Shown: positions 34,469 through 45,058 of the stretch, piece after piece | Layout: the number at the start of each line of letters is the position of its first letter | Position numbering within the stretch: the stretch's first letter is position 1 | IMG/VR virus record: IMGVR_UViG_3300048579_000065 | DNA length: 64,000 nt | Source of the DNA: a virus | Reading direction: 5' to 3' (one strand) | Notes under the pieces: generated by a model | Seen by the model: the letters and a program-made list of their open reading frames with translations, nothing else | What the model was told of the DNA's origin: nothing | The model's database searches: none | Program-made: the position numbers and the translations under genes

Positions 34469-35015
34469 TTTTTAATCTCTCCAGTATTTCTAGCCCGTAG
34501 GTGTTATGTTCTTTAACAAATCCGGCATTATACATGCTAAATCCTAACAACTTGTCACCTTTAGATTGAGTAAACCAATACTCAAGGTCTTTGTAAACTT
34601 GATTTACTTGACTCTCTCTATTATGCACGAATTTTAAGCATGTGTCAAGAGCCTTTGCTGAACTATGTCCTTCTTTTAATACTTCCTTATAGAGGTAAAG
34701 CATTATCTTTTGACCTAGCCCTATACTACATGATAGTAAAAACCTTACTGAAATATCAAGTTGGGCTAGGTTCTTATCACTATTGATTTCTTTCCACCTA
34801 GCAGGACTAAACCTAAACTTAGCCACATGTAGTGAATTTCCTTCAATCTTATTTAGATGCTTAAAGGCTTTGTTTAGCTCAACTTCATCTGTAATGTGCT
34901 CTCTAACCTTCCTACAATTAAGCCTATATTGCCTATTCTCATAAGAGTCAAAGTACATCTCACCTGATGATTCTTGAGCTATAACAGCATTAACTTCTTG
35001 TTCAGTTGGTTTCAA
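34422..35015 (-). CDS. hypothetical protein
   Basis: ORF track. Confidence 0.6.
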   Translation of the reverse strand: MKPTEQEVNAVIAQESSGEMYFDSYENRQYRLNCRKVREHITDEVELNKAFKHLNKIEGNSLHVAKFRFSPARWKEINSDKNLAQLDISVRFLLSCSIGLGQKIMLYLYKEVLKEGHSSAKALDTCLKFVHNRESQVNQVYKDLEYWFTQSKGDKLLGFSMYNAGFVKEHNTYGLEILERLKNVPKKPTDTNRTNPK

Positions 35016-35287
35016 AGTATTGCTATAACCTCTTCTGGTAGTAGGTTTAGGTGGTCTTCTTTGTTAATTTTGAATATTCTTGCTTCTTGTCCAGCCGCTA
35101 ATGCATAAAGTACTTTATCATTGACTACTGGAGTCTCATTATTATCCCAATTAGCAGCCACATGAGTAACAATACCAAGTTGGCTAGGCTTTCCATCATC
35201 AACTTTTTCAAGTAAACCACTACCTATCTTGTTATCAGAAGGAATTAACTTAACTATAATGCCATTAAAGCATTTTTCTATTACCAT
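35012..35287 (-). CDS. groES: GroES (cpn10)-like co-chaperonin
   Basis: IIVK....GSGLL....GIVTHV....V.DKVLY...G...KIN..DHL.L..EEVIAIL; 91 aa. Confidence 0.8.
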   Translation of the reverse strand: MVIEKCFNGIIVKLIPSDNKIGSGLLEKVDDGKPSQLGIVTHVAANWDNNETPVVNDKVLYALAAGQEARIFKINKEDHLNLLPEEVIAIL

Positions 35288-35411
35288 GATCTTGTACTCC
35301 TTGTAATTTGGTCAATTTTGCACAATTCATTTACATGATTTTCAAAAACCTTTAAAATTTGATTGAAGACCTTCATATTAGGGGCCTTAGACAACCTAAG
35401 TCTAAGCTTTG

Positions 35412-35729
35412 TCATTGCTTCTTTTCTCCATCTGTACTCTTCTGCATAATTTGACATACTTTACTCTCCTTATCAACTACTTCTTTAGCACTTTTGACAC
35501 AAGTATTAACAATATCTTCATATTTTTCATCATCTTCAGTGCAATTTCTTGCCAAACCTATTAAAGCATAGAAATAAATCTTTTGCAAGTACCTTTCATA
35601 CTTTATTTTCTCAAACACTATTTGATCTATCTTCTCAGAATAGTATTTGGACATGTCTAGTCGGGCTGCTAGGTTCCCTAGTACAAAACCTAAGACTACT
35701 AGAGCACTAATCTCTAAGTAATGCATCAT
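35412..35729 (-). CDS. membrane-anchored hypothetical protein
   Basis: N-terminal TM helix. Confidence 0.55.
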   Translation of the reverse strand: MMHYLEISALVVLGFVLGNLAARLDMSKYYSEKIDQIVFEKIKYERYLQKIYFYALIGLARNCTEDDEKYEDIVNTCVKSAKEVVDKESKVCQIMQKSTDGEKKQ

Positions 35730-35934
35730 TTCTTATCTTCATAATCTCATCAACAAGCTTTTCTAAGTCTTGCCTGTGTAATTCAAGCTTATTAAACATG
35801 ACTTGTCTTGGATCATCATAGTCTGAGACATTTTCAGACTCTAAACTACCTAAAATTTTGTCACTTGATGCCAGATCAGCAAGCAGCATGGCTGCATCAG
35901 TCAAATTATTAACTACTTTCTCTATTCTGAGCAT
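35707..35934 (-). CDS. hypothetical protein
   Basis: ORF track. Confidence 0.55.
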   Translation of the reverse strand: MLRIEKVVNNLTDAAMLLADLASSDKILGSLESENVSDYDDPRQVMFNKLELHRQDLEKLVDEIMKIRNDALLRD

Positions 35935-36173
35935 AAAAAGTTACTCCTCACTCTTCTTGTATGTATCATACTACATGATAAACACTTTAATGTGAACTCT
36001 AATGAATAATTAGGAAGTCTTAATCCATACTCTTTGGCAGCTTTTGGTATATCAATGACACTTAAAGACACTTTGTCTCCTGTTGAGTAGCATCCTATGC
36101 AAGTAAAAGTGTTATTTTGAAACATCCTTAGTCTTCCTTTTTCTTGTGGATGGTATATTGTTAGCCAACTCAT
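35922..36173 (-). CDS. Zn-ribbon hypothetical protein
   Basis: CIGC...CLSC. Confidence 0.5.
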   Translation of the reverse strand: MSWLTIYHPQEKGRLRMFQNNTFTCIGCYSTGDKVSLSVIDIPKAAKEYGLRLPNYSLEFTLKCLSCSMIHTRRVRSNFLCSE

Positions 36174-36396
36174 TTAAGTGTTTCCTAAAAAGAGATACTT
36201 TTGGCTCAAAAAGGTCTACAATCATTGAGAATGACTCTCTGTAGCCCCACTCATCCTTAATTAAAACATTTCCATGCTCATCCTTAAAGGCTTTTATTTT
36301 GTCAAAAACCTCCTGAAACTCCAAACTTAACTTATTTAACTCACTTTTAGACATATTCACCTCAAAATAATGCAAATTGATTAACATTATTAACAC
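36112..36396 (-). CDS. hypothetical protein
   Basis: likely start MSKSEL after GAGGTG. Confidence 0.55.
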   Translation of the reverse strand: MLIMLINLHYFEVNMSKSELNKLSLEFQEVFDKIKAFKDEHGNVLIKDEWGYRESFSMIVDLFEPKVSLFRKHLNELANNIPSTRKRKTKDVSK

Positions 36397-38575
36397 TAGA
36401 AATACCTTCTGGATAAACTAAAGGTTCAGTATGGTAGTCCTCGGCTAACTCTTTACCTTTTACCCACATACTTGATTCTACATTATAACTCCAAGATGTC
36501 AAATATTGCTGGCTTGAAGCACTAATGTACTTAAAAACAGTGATTTTATTGTTATTTTTTGGTAAATGGAAGTTCCCAGCACCTGGAGTTACCAAACCAA
36601 ACGTGGCTACCTGATCAACTACCTGATTTATAACACCATTTATAGGGTGCCACTTGATATAAGGAAAGAATTGTGGTGTAGTACTTAACAAATTGTTTGT
36701 GCTAAGACTAAAATCAGCTCTATTCTGCACTAAGGCTGTTAAACCTGTATTAATTCCTGTGAAAAACACTTCACCATTAGAATCAGTGGTCTTAAAAGCA
36801 CTTTTAGGAGATGGGGCACCTAAAAATGTACCAAAGTAACTAAAAAAGTTATTGTTTATGTTGGAGTGTGTGTCTGAGTCCCAACCTGTGGTAGTATTTG
36901 CTACAGTCATTGTCTCTGTATCATTATAAACACTATAACCACCATAGGTTGTGTTGTTATAATTGAAAGATAGGTCATCTCCAACAGAATCACTTGTAGC
37001 TGTTTCAGTTGTCCACTCTTCAGCATCAAAATATACTGTTTGATTCAGGCTAGCACTGTTCATTACATCAGAAATAGTCACAAATTTAGTCTGTGTTCTA
37101 GAAATCGTTGGAATATCAGCATAATATCCAGGCACAGTGTCTACAGCAACAACAGTATTAAAAAGAGGTAGGTCTCCTAAATAAGATTCTGTATCCTCAA
37201 CATCTGAAAGGTCTACAAGAAAAGCATCTCCAGGCTGAGTCAGGTAGTATAAGGCAGTAGATGTGACAGTACCAAATGTTGCATCTTCTATTTCCAATGG
37301 TGGATGGCAGTATATTTGTAGATAACCAAATGGGGGGCTAGGGTTAGTAACTAAATCAATAGAACCTAAAGGGCCACCACTATTAAGTGTGTCTATAGCC
37401 TGACCAACACCTAAAGGAGTGTATTCTAGTAAATCTGCTTGTGTAATTGAGTATGTGGTGGTTGCTGTCCTGCTTCTAACACCATTTATACTAGGTCCAT
37501 ATGTATACACTGTGCTAGTTACTGCTTCCCATTCGCCTTGCAAAGGAGTTAAGTGAGTAGTTAGATTATCTGGATCTGGACCATAAGTTTCACTAAATAC
37601 AGTCCTAAAGGTTCCATGAAAGGTTGTAACCTCACTTTCAAGAATTTTAGCCTGAAATGGGTAGTTTGTCTGTATATAGGAGTCACATATGTCAATTTTA
37701 TTTCCAGGAGTCAAGACCATAGCACCTAATTGAGGCTGCCTGTCATTAGAGTACCTAGAGTTATATTCTGTTATAGCCCCAGGATCTGTGTCATCTCCAT
37801 ATGTTAAAACATTAGAGACTGTCCATGTGTACCGACTATCAGATGGAGCTGTGGCTGTTTCCTCATAGCCAGCAGACATAACAAAGGTATTGTTATTGTT
37901 AGGATCAGGTGGTGCTGATAATGCAGAACTGTTGAATATAAATGATCCACTACTGTTAATAGCATTAGTTATAGTATTAACATTATCAACTGTTGTATAT
38001 GATGGTGCAATGTAGGCCCAATCTAAGCCAATATCACCAGGATTTAATCCTTCAACAGGAGTGTCATAGTTTCCAAACCTTAAAACATAATTAAACCACT
38101 GAGTAGGACTCTTAAAGAATCCTGAACTAAGTCTCATATCATTATCAGGCAATCCAGACTCAATAGGAGCCGGTATTGTGGCATGTGTATTGATAGTAGG
38201 TGGGGTATAAAGATAAAAAGTTCTTGATTTTGCCTTCCTGACATAGTAAACAGTATTGCTATCAACAATACCTTGATACAAATAGAGACCTAGATCAAGA
38301 CTTTGATCTATAGATCTGTATCTAACATTCCTGCCACGTACTAGATACTGTTTAGCACCTACTCTGATACCTAAATCCCTATCTCTAGGCATTCCTATAG
38401 GAATTGTGTCTACTTCAATTCCTGAATCTGTCTTTCCTTTTGTCCTCTCTCCATTGGTAAATGTAATAAATTCAGTATTATTTAGTCCCGGTGGGCTTAT
38501 GTTTCCAGGCTGTTGACTAAGAAGGTTATTTAAGACCCTCCTGGTTTCTTTTCTAACAAAATCTCCAAAACCCAT
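36362..38575 (-). CDS. large virion tail-tip or receptor-binding protein
   Basis: 737 aa, T/S/aromatic beta-rich; last gene of the tail module. Confidence 0.6.
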   Translation of the reverse strand: MGFGDFVRKETRRVLNNLLSQQPGNISPPGLNNTEFITFTNGERTKGKTDSGIEVDTIPIGMPRDRDLGIRVGAKQYLVRGRNVRYRSIDQSLDLGLYLYQGIVDSNTVYYVRKAKSRTFYLYTPPTINTHATIPAPIESGLPDNDMRLSSGFFKSPTQWFNYVLRFGNYDTPVEGLNPGDIGLDWAYIAPSYTTVDNVNTITNAINSSGSFIFNSSALSAPPDPNNNNTFVMSAGYEETATAPSDSRYTWTVSNVLTYGDDTDPGAITEYNSRYSNDRQPQLGAMVLTPGNKIDICDSYIQTNYPFQAKILESEVTTFHGTFRTVFSETYGPDPDNLTTHLTPLQGEWEAVTSTVYTYGPSINGVRSRTATTTYSITQADLLEYTPLGVGQAIDTLNSGGPLGSIDLVTNPSPPFGYLQIYCHPPLEIEDATFGTVTSTALYYLTQPGDAFLVDLSDVEDTESYLGDLPLFNTVVAVDTVPGYYADIPTISRTQTKFVTISDVMNSASLNQTVYFDAEEWTTETATSDSVGDDLSFNYNNTTYGGYSVYNDTETMTVANTTTGWDSDTHSNINNNFFSYFGTFLGAPSPKSAFKTTDSNGEVFFTGINTGLTALVQNRADFSLSTNNLLSTTPQFFPYIKWHPINGVINQVVDQVATFGLVTPGAGNFHLPKNNNKITVFKYISASSQQYLTSWSYNVESSMWVKGKELAEDYHTEPLVYPEGISSVNNVNQFALF

Positions 38576-38835
38576 TAGTAGATAAAGATCCCACCAACAT
38601 TGACACCTGTTACACCAGGACCAACAGGAGATGATCCTGGGCTGATCCCTGTCTCAGTTGTACCATCAGGATACTTTATTGTCAATAGTCCAGTCTTAGC
38701 ATCAAATGAATCTACAGTACCATTTCTAACACCTGAATTATTGTTAGCTTTAGTGCTATTTAAGGCATAGTAGGTGTTTAATATACTTCTGGCCTCAGAA
38801 TCAACAATTTTAGTTATTTTTGTCTTAAATCCCAT
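38575..38835 (-). CDS. small tail protein (OB-fold-like)
   Basis: GTVDSFD..TG..TIKYPDG. Confidence 0.5.
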   Translation of the reverse strand: MGFKTKITKIVDSEARSILNTYYALNSTKANNNSGVRNGTVDSFDAKTGLLTIKYPDGTTETGISPGSSPVGPGVTGVNVGGIFIY

Positions 38836-38836
38836 C

Positions 38837-40762
38837 TTATTGTTGCCCCATGGTGGTGTAATTCGTATAGAATTGTATCTCAGCCCATTGGACTGCTGTA
38901 ATGTTCAATATTCCAGGATTTGAAAAATCAACAGACTCAATGATTGTGCCAGGCTCTATCTGGAAGTCACCAATACCACCTCTAATCTCAAATCCATCAA
39001 ATGGTAAGGCTCCGCTGAATACAACAGTGATGTTATATTCACAGGCTGGAATAAATCTATATCTTTGTTGTGTTCTAGCCAAAGTTTGTTTCTCAATGTC
39101 AGGAGAATTGGCACTTTGCTGTAATTGACCACTAAGATTTTTTCGTTTGACCCCAACCTTAAAGATAAAGTGTCCATCAGCCATATCTTGATTAGTTTGG
39201 CTAAACAATGTCCAATTAATAGTGACTTGGGGCTTAAGAACTCCACCAACATCATTATAATTAATCCATGAGCCAGCAAAACCAGTCTGAAGTAGGAACC
39301 ATCTCTTAGGATTAGTGGTTACAAATTGACCTCCACCATCAGTGACAGTAATTGATTGCACGTAAACTGTATCCCAATCAAATGGAAGATCTATTGGAAA
39401 TGCTGGATCTTCAGGAGTTAGTAGTTTGCTTGATGTCCATATTTCTTCCACCTGAAAATCATTAGTAGGATTGGTAACTAAAGGATTAGTAGGGCCATTA
39501 GGTAAATTAATTGTTCCAGCATCAAATTGTGGAAGTTGGTAGAGAGTATAAACCCCAGGACTGTATATTCCAGTCTTTATATCAAGATGGCACCTTTTAG
39601 TTATCGCCTGAACTAAACAACAATCTGGAATTTCATATAATCCTGTAGGATCATTAGGATAATTAATAATATACTCTGTATCATTCTTTCTTCTGAGTTT
39701 AGCCCCAACGTTCTCTGCTAAGCTATTTAAGGCCTCTAATCCAGTTTGTCCAGCCTGGGCTGAAAAATCAGTAAGAGGATAATCAAGCACATTATACTGC
39801 ACACTGATATCAGTAGCAGAAGCCAGCGCCTGTACAGCAGCTTGATATGTTTGCCAATTACTTGGATCTGGTAAAGCTAAACTTTGTGAAGGTATCATAG
39901 TAGTGAAGTTTTGATTTCCAGCAATTAGGAAAGCCATAGGCTTATTAAGCTTGGCCTTGCCAAGTATACCTCCATTGCTGTAGGCAAAAGCACTCCCAGA
40001 CTTCTCTCTACCTTTTTCAGTTATTGTTCCAAGAATACCAAATACAGACTTTTCTTCTCCAAAGTCTCCATAGTCAGTAGTGGAGACTGTTTTCCAGGTT
40101 CCACCACCGCCACTCATGCTCAAATTCCAATTGAATAGATTGCCTAAACTTTGTCCGGCTATTGCATCACACTTCCAATTAACATAACATCTAGCATTTG
40201 CTAGACCATTAGGAGGCAATGTTCCAGGGTTAGACCACCAAGGTACACCATTAAGTATTAGAGTAGGCGTGACTGGATTCATAGCACTACTAGCATTAGT
40301 TACCAAGGCTAGATTATTAGAGATAACATTGAGGCTAGTTGAATAGTCATTATTAAGATCTTCTGAAATTTTTATAATTTGAGATCCTTGAATCCTAGTA
40401 TCCTCAACCACTTTAAGGATGACACTAAAATTAAGATTTAAGTCTTCATCAAATATACCAACAGCTTCATCAGGAGTGTATAGGAAATCCTCTACCACTA
40501 TGGTTGCAGCTGTGATCTCAACACTATCAATCATAGGTCCAACATCAGAACCAGCCTGAGGTGCATTTAGATCATCTATAGTTACTAAAAGATCAGTAAC
40601 TGTTATCCTATTTTCACCTGGAAGGGTTACTAATGGTTGGGCCTCATACACATAACCTAAATCTTCAGTGTCTATTTCACCTTTAGGAGAAATAGCAGGA
40701 TTAGGTTGACCTTCGTAGATTAAATCTAGATTCTTTTGGTCTTCTGAGTCTGGTAAGGGCAT
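38837..40762 (-). CDS. tail hub or baseplate protein
   Basis: synteny; LEALNSLAE..GAKLR hub-like segment. Confidence 0.55.
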   Translation of the reverse strand: MPLPDSEDQKNLDLIYEGQPNPAISPKGEIDTEDLGYVYEAQPLVTLPGENRITVTDLLVTIDDLNAPQAGSDVGPMIDSVEITAATIVVEDFLYTPDEAVGIFDEDLNLNFSVILKVVEDTRIQGSQIIKISEDLNNDYSTSLNVISNNLALVTNASSAMNPVTPTLILNGVPWWSNPGTLPPNGLANARCYVNWKCDAIAGQSLGNLFNWNLSMSGGGGTWKTVSTTDYGDFGEEKSVFGILGTITEKGREKSGSAFAYSNGGILGKAKLNKPMAFLIAGNQNFTTMIPSQSLALPDPSNWQTYQAAVQALASATDISVQYNVLDYPLTDFSAQAGQTGLEALNSLAENVGAKLRRKNDTEYIINYPNDPTGLYEIPDCCLVQAITKRCHLDIKTGIYSPGVYTLYQLPQFDAGTINLPNGPTNPLVTNPTNDFQVEEIWTSSKLLTPEDPAFPIDLPFDWDTVYVQSITVTDGGGQFVTTNPKRWFLLQTGFAGSWINYNDVGGVLKPQVTINWTLFSQTNQDMADGHFIFKVGVKRKNLSGQLQQSANSPDIEKQTLARTQQRYRFIPACEYNITVVFSGALPFDGFEIRGGIGDFQIEPGTIIESVDFSNPGILNITAVQWAEIQFYTNYTTMGQQ

Positions 40763-40775
40763 TTAATCACCCTCC

Positions 40776-42860
40776 CTAAGTTTGTGAGAAGTCTATACTT
40801 TCCACTTGTACATAATTAGATGTGGAACCTGTATCAGACCAAACCTCTAAGAAAACTTCTACAGTAGACCTTATAGATGGGACCATGCCTGTAATAGTAT
40901 AAGTGGTGAATGATGTAGAGGTGGCTACTGAATATACATCATTAGGTATGCCTAAGACTCTTCCACCATATACAATGAGTCTGGCTGATATATCTGTAGC
41001 ATGTGATTTTTTAATTGATGCAGTGAAGGTAAAGGTTCCTCCAGCATTAAGAGGCAGTGCTGCTAAGAGGATCTTTACTGGATAAATACTATTTCTTGCT
41101 GTGCTGGTGACATCAACTTCCCAATTGGATGAATTTGACTTATAGGTATAACCATCACCATAAGTCCTGTTATTTCTGTAATTACCATTAATTCCTTGAG
41201 CCTTAAATGTTGTACCTGAATAATCTGTTATACTGGTATTGAATAGTGAACCTTCACCAAAACAGGCATTTTCAACAAGAAAGTTGCATGTTCTATTAGG
41301 CAGAGACACTGTATATGCTACATTTGAGGCATTAAGGTTTGTTATTGAATTGTAAATCTTGATTGGTGCCCCTGGATTTGTGTACTCTGCTGCATAGGTG
41401 TTATTACTACTAGCAGAAAGGGAATTTATTATAATAGGGGCTGAATTATTGGTAATTGCTAGACCCGGACCTGCTATAGTCCTACTAGCCTGAATACTTC
41501 CAAAAACTCCACCACCACTGTTAATAGATACGCCTGCATCTCTGTTGTATCTTGTTTCCATTGTTCCAGAAACATTTACAAAGAGTGGGCTACTTATATT
41601 CACACCTACTGACTGGTTACTATCAACATTATACATATTTACCGCTGAAGCTGATGTAGATAGGTTTAAGATTACACCTCTGTCATTACCAAATGCTGCT
41701 GTAATATTTGAAATAGACGTTCCACCACCAACCATGCGAACACCTATGTCAGTGTTGTTACATGAATCAAAGTAGCCTTTAAGGTTTTGTGTGAATAGCT
41801 CAACTCCATTATTAAACCTTCTAACCTTAATTCTTTCATAATAAACATCATTGCTGGAAGTTGATCTTATACCAGTACCTAATCCTGACCTGCCATCAAT
41901 AAAGGTCTCTCCGATTTGTTGTGACATGTCAGTAGTGTCCCAGCCCCCACTGACTATAATTGGATTAGCCTCTGTACCTGCAAAATCAGCTGTTTGGTAT
42001 ATGCTAGTACTTATAGGAGGCATGATAGTCTCTCTAATAAAGGTCTCCACAGACTCCGTGCTACCTTGATACCTACCTTCTACTGAAGGTGAAAAGGATG
42101 AACTAGTATCCAGTGTGATATCAGTACCCCAAATAGATCTTATAGACAGCCAAGGTTCATTGCCTGTACCCTTGCTAATCTGGTGATTTAATGTAATACC
42201 ATTAGAAACAAAGAAATCATCAAGCCAAATCTTAGTGTCAGATGCAGGAAGTGTAACTACGTCTATAAGCATTGTAGTTACTGTACTACCACCTGTTAAC
42301 AAAGCACTTTCAATTGTTACTGGTATCCAAACATTAGGTGGTGGGGTGCCATTAAATGTAACATAACCTCCAGTTGGGGTACCAGCACCTAAAAAAGTCA
42401 AAAAAATGTTGTTGTTAGGATCAAAAGCAGCATTATCATACATAAACCAAAAACAAGTGTAATTGTAAGTGTTAATTGTGCGAGCACTGCTAAAGGTACA
42501 TTGTGCTATACGATTTAATGGCGTAGTACTTGTGAGAGTTGTTCTTATTGATCCTGTACCTTCTCTATACACAGATGTATCTACAGTACAGCCTGTATGA
42601 GATGACCAAAAATCATTACCAGGACTAAGACTATTAGTGTCACAGTTAGTTAGAGGATTAGTTAGAAAGGGAGTGGTTACAGTGTCAGAATTGTTAGTCC
42701 AATCACAAGTACCAATGCTGCTAGCACTTGGACTCATCATAATCTTAATCCTGTCTCCTGGAGACGGGCTAGTAGATGATAAATCCTTCTTTCTCTGGCT
42801 AAAACTCAAACCAGTATTTGAATTATTCCCATTAATAAAGTCAACAAACCAATCAGCCAC
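40776..42860 (-). CDS. tail fibre or spike with beta-helix (pectin-lyase-like) domain
   Basis: WFVDFINGNNSNTGLS N-motif; repeated N..G...GV.I beta-helix turns. Confidence 0.65.
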   Translation of the reverse strand: MADWFVDFINGNNSNTGLSFSQRKKDLSSTSPSPGDRIKIMMSPSASSIGTCDWTNNSDTVTTPFLTNPLTNCDTNSLSPGNDFWSSHTGCTVDTSVYREGTGSIRTTLTSTTPLNRIAQCTFSSARTINTYNYTCFWFMYDNAAFDPNNNIFLTFLGAGTPTGGYVTFNGTPPPNVWIPVTIESALLTGGSTVTTMLIDVVTLPASDTKIWLDDFFVSNGITLNHQISKGTGNEPWLSIRSIWGTDITLDTSSSFSPSVEGRYQGSTESVETFIRETIMPPISTSIYQTADFAGTEANPIIVSGGWDTTDMSQQIGETFIDGRSGLGTGIRSTSSNDVYYERIKVRRFNNGVELFTQNLKGYFDSCNNTDIGVRMVGGGTSISNITAAFGNDRGVILNLSTSASAVNMYNVDSNQSVGVNISSPLFVNVSGTMETRYNRDAGVSINSGGGVFGSIQASRTIAGPGLAITNNSAPIIINSLSASSNNTYAAEYTNPGAPIKIYNSITNLNASNVAYTVSLPNRTCNFLVENACFGEGSLFNTSITDYSGTTFKAQGINGNYRNNRTYGDGYTYKSNSSNWEVDVTSTARNSIYPVKILLAALPLNAGGTFTFTASIKKSHATDISARLIVYGGRVLGIPNDVYSVATSTSFTTYTITGMVPSIRSTVEVFLEVWSDTGSTSNYVQVESIDFSQT

Positions 42861-42863
42861 TGC

Positions 42864-43415
42864 TTATTGCCTCAAAATGACACTTATAGTCAAGGAATTA
42901 AGATTAGTTAAGTCAAATTGGTTGTCTAATACAATCTCATCTAACATTATTCCACTCGTAGCAGTAGGTGATGATGGCAGAATCCAAGTAGAAAACAAGC
43001 CAACCATATTTATTGGAGATCCTGGAATTGTTCCAAATGGGCTTCCTGGACCTATTTGAACACTTCCAACCATCTTTTGAGTAAATGTTATTCCAGAGTA
43101 CACATAGTTTTCGGCTGAAATTACCCAATTAGTTATCTGTTGTCTAACACCTTCTCCTGTATATTCATAACCACTACCACCGCCTAGACTAGTATGTGTT
43201 ACAACAGGAGTAATAGTAGAGCAAGGACCAAAGCCTAAGAAAGGAAAGCCACTAGGCGCTGAAAGAGGAAGGTAACCTATATACTTCATTACCTCTTGCT
43301 TACCAGTATCAACTACTAGCTTATCTAGTACTTCCTCATGAAATACTTGATTTCCTTGCTCATCATGTCCTACAAGGTCATAGCTTATATTAAGGTAGGA
43401 TGTGTTGTATTTCAT
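42864..43415 (-). CDS. baseplate or tail-fibre attachment protein
   Basis: LVVDTGK..V...IG, MVGLF, LTIS..LR pattern; synteny. Confidence 0.5.
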   Translation of the reverse strand: MKYNTSYLNISYDLVGHDEQGNQVFHEEVLDKLVVDTGKQEVMKYIGYLPLSAPSGFPFLGFGPCSTITPVVTHTSLGGGSGYEYTGEGVRQQITNWVISAENYVYSGITFTQKMVGSVQIGPGSPFGTIPGSPINMVGLFSTWILPSSPTATSGIMLDEIVLDNQFDLTNLNSLTISVILRQ

Positions 43416-43416
43416 T

Positions 43417-44274
43417 TTAGTCTCTTTGTTCCTTTTTAGCAGTGACTTCCATCGCTAAATTATAAAAATTAGCGGCCTGTCCTCCAGTAGCATTAGAGGG
43501 TACAATTAGCTTTGCAGCTATCGGAGCTAAGCATTCATAAATAGTCTCACCTATATAGTGAGGATAGTTAAAGCTACTAGCCATGGTCATAGTGTTACCT
43601 GAAATGTCTGAAACTTGTATGATTTCACTAGTAACATTACCAGAATTTAATTTTACATATCTCCCTTCAAGGAATGTACTAGCATCATCTACTACAATAG
43701 TTGTAGTGTTAGCATTAGCACTAGCTGAAACAAGGGTGAAGGCCGAAAATCCTGTGATCCATAAAGTGTCTCCTGTAGCTCCAAAAGTTAAAGGAGATCC
43801 TGTAGAGTCACAGCAGGCTAATTGTACCCAAGAGACTCCTGGTTCTACAGAAGTGATAAGATTAACAAATGTTAAACCTATTCCAGGTTGCCCTGTTACA
43901 GGGCTATAACTATAAGTGCTTATAGTATCAGGATCTCCGATCAGAAAGGTCTCTATATCTATTCTAGGATCATCAACACCATAAACTGAGTCAGAATCAT
44001 AAGCTGAAAGGACTAAGGCATTACTTGAAGGGATTACACCCTGGGCTCCTAAAGGAGGTACAGCATCTATAGTTACAGTCCCATCAACTGTATCTACAGA
44101 GTACCCCCCATCATAACGTCTCTTTTCAGTAGACGAATACTGTAAAGTCGAGCCTACATTCTCTACAGGAGCATAAGGAAAAGTATCATCTACATTATTG
44201 CCAACAAATGTAGCACTTTGGCCTATCAATGTGCCTGCATTAGCAGGTGTTCTATAGTATATGCCTAGAGCCAA
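43417..44274 (-). CDS. virion structural protein (tail)
   Basis: synteny; beta-rich. Confidence 0.55.
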   Translation of the reverse strand: MALGIYYRTPANAGTLIGQSATFVGNNVDDTFPYAPVENVGSTLQYSSTEKRRYDGGYSVDTVDGTVTIDAVPPLGAQGVIPSSNALVLSAYDSDSVYGVDDPRIDIETFLIGDPDTISTYSYSPVTGQPGIGLTFVNLITSVEPGVSWVQLACCDSTGSPLTFGATGDTLWITGFSAFTLVSASANANTTTIVVDDASTFLEGRYVKLNSGNVTSEIIQVSDISGNTMTMASSFNYPHYIGETIYECLAPIAAKLIVPSNATGGQAANFYNLAMEVTAKKEQRD

Positions 44275-44301
44275 TTATAACACCATTAACTTGACGGTTT
44301 A

Positions 44302-44309
44302 AGTTTATC
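44302..44309 (-). promoter_or_regulatory. GATAAACT motif, candidate late-promoter element (also at 48300, 49980, 51281)
   Basis: four copies at gene junctions of the tail module. Confidence 0.4.
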
Positions 44310-44398
44310 CACTTCAGAGTAGGTATACTTAAAACTATAGGAAAGGTCATAGGTAATGCCAAGCAAGTAAGTGGTAGGTAACCTCCTACACACCTTTC

Positions 44399-45058
44399 CT
44401 AATAAGTACTTCTTGTAGTTATAGTGTTTTGTTCAAGTGTCAGCTGCCACCCTTTTGTGATGCATGTTTGACTCTTCCAGTCTACATGAATTGCTCCACA
44501 AGAGAAGTCTTTAATCAAACAGTTAGTTACTGTACCAAACTCAAAAGGATCTATTAGGCTCAATCCAGTATTAGTTAGATAGTTAAAGTTTTGCCCAGCT
44601 AATTGTTGAAGCAACTGGTAGCTAATAGCCTCATCTCTCACTGCTAAATAATATTCAAATTGATCTTTCCTTCTTTGATGTTCATCTGAAATTGGTTGTA
44701 AACTATTGACACTAGTAGGTCCAGATGGTGCCCCTGTAATCTTAAAGGTTACACTGTTAATCCTCTGGAACATATTAGCCAAATTACTATCTTCTGGTCC
44801 TAAAGGTATACTGTATGGAAACCCACAGCCCTCTCCTGAACCTATTTGTATTGGAGCGTTTAGAGCATTCCTTACAACTGTAGGTTGAGAATAGTTAGTG
44901 CTATCAATACTATTCAGGTAGCGCCCATTACTCATTTCCACTCTCTTAAAGTCTTGAAAAGAGTAAGACCTTTGTATGTCAGATACATATAAGGTTATGT
45001 CTAGCCCGGAGGCTGCTAATACTAGATTTATAGGTGTTCCATTTGGTTGCCTGGCCAT
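44399..45058 (-). CDS. distal tail protein-like
   Basis: immediately downstream of the tape measure gene. Confidence 0.5.
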   Translation of the reverse strand: MARQPNGTPINLVLAASGLDITLYVSDIQRSYSFQDFKRVEMSNGRYLNSIDSTNYSQPTVVRNALNAPIQIGSGEGCGFPYSIPLGPEDSNLANMFQRINSVTFKITGAPSGPTSVNSLQPISDEHQRRKDQFEYYLAVRDEAISYQLLQQLAGQNFNYLTNTGLSLIDPFEFGTVTNCLIKDFSCGAIHVDWKSQTCITKGWQLTLEQNTITTRSTY

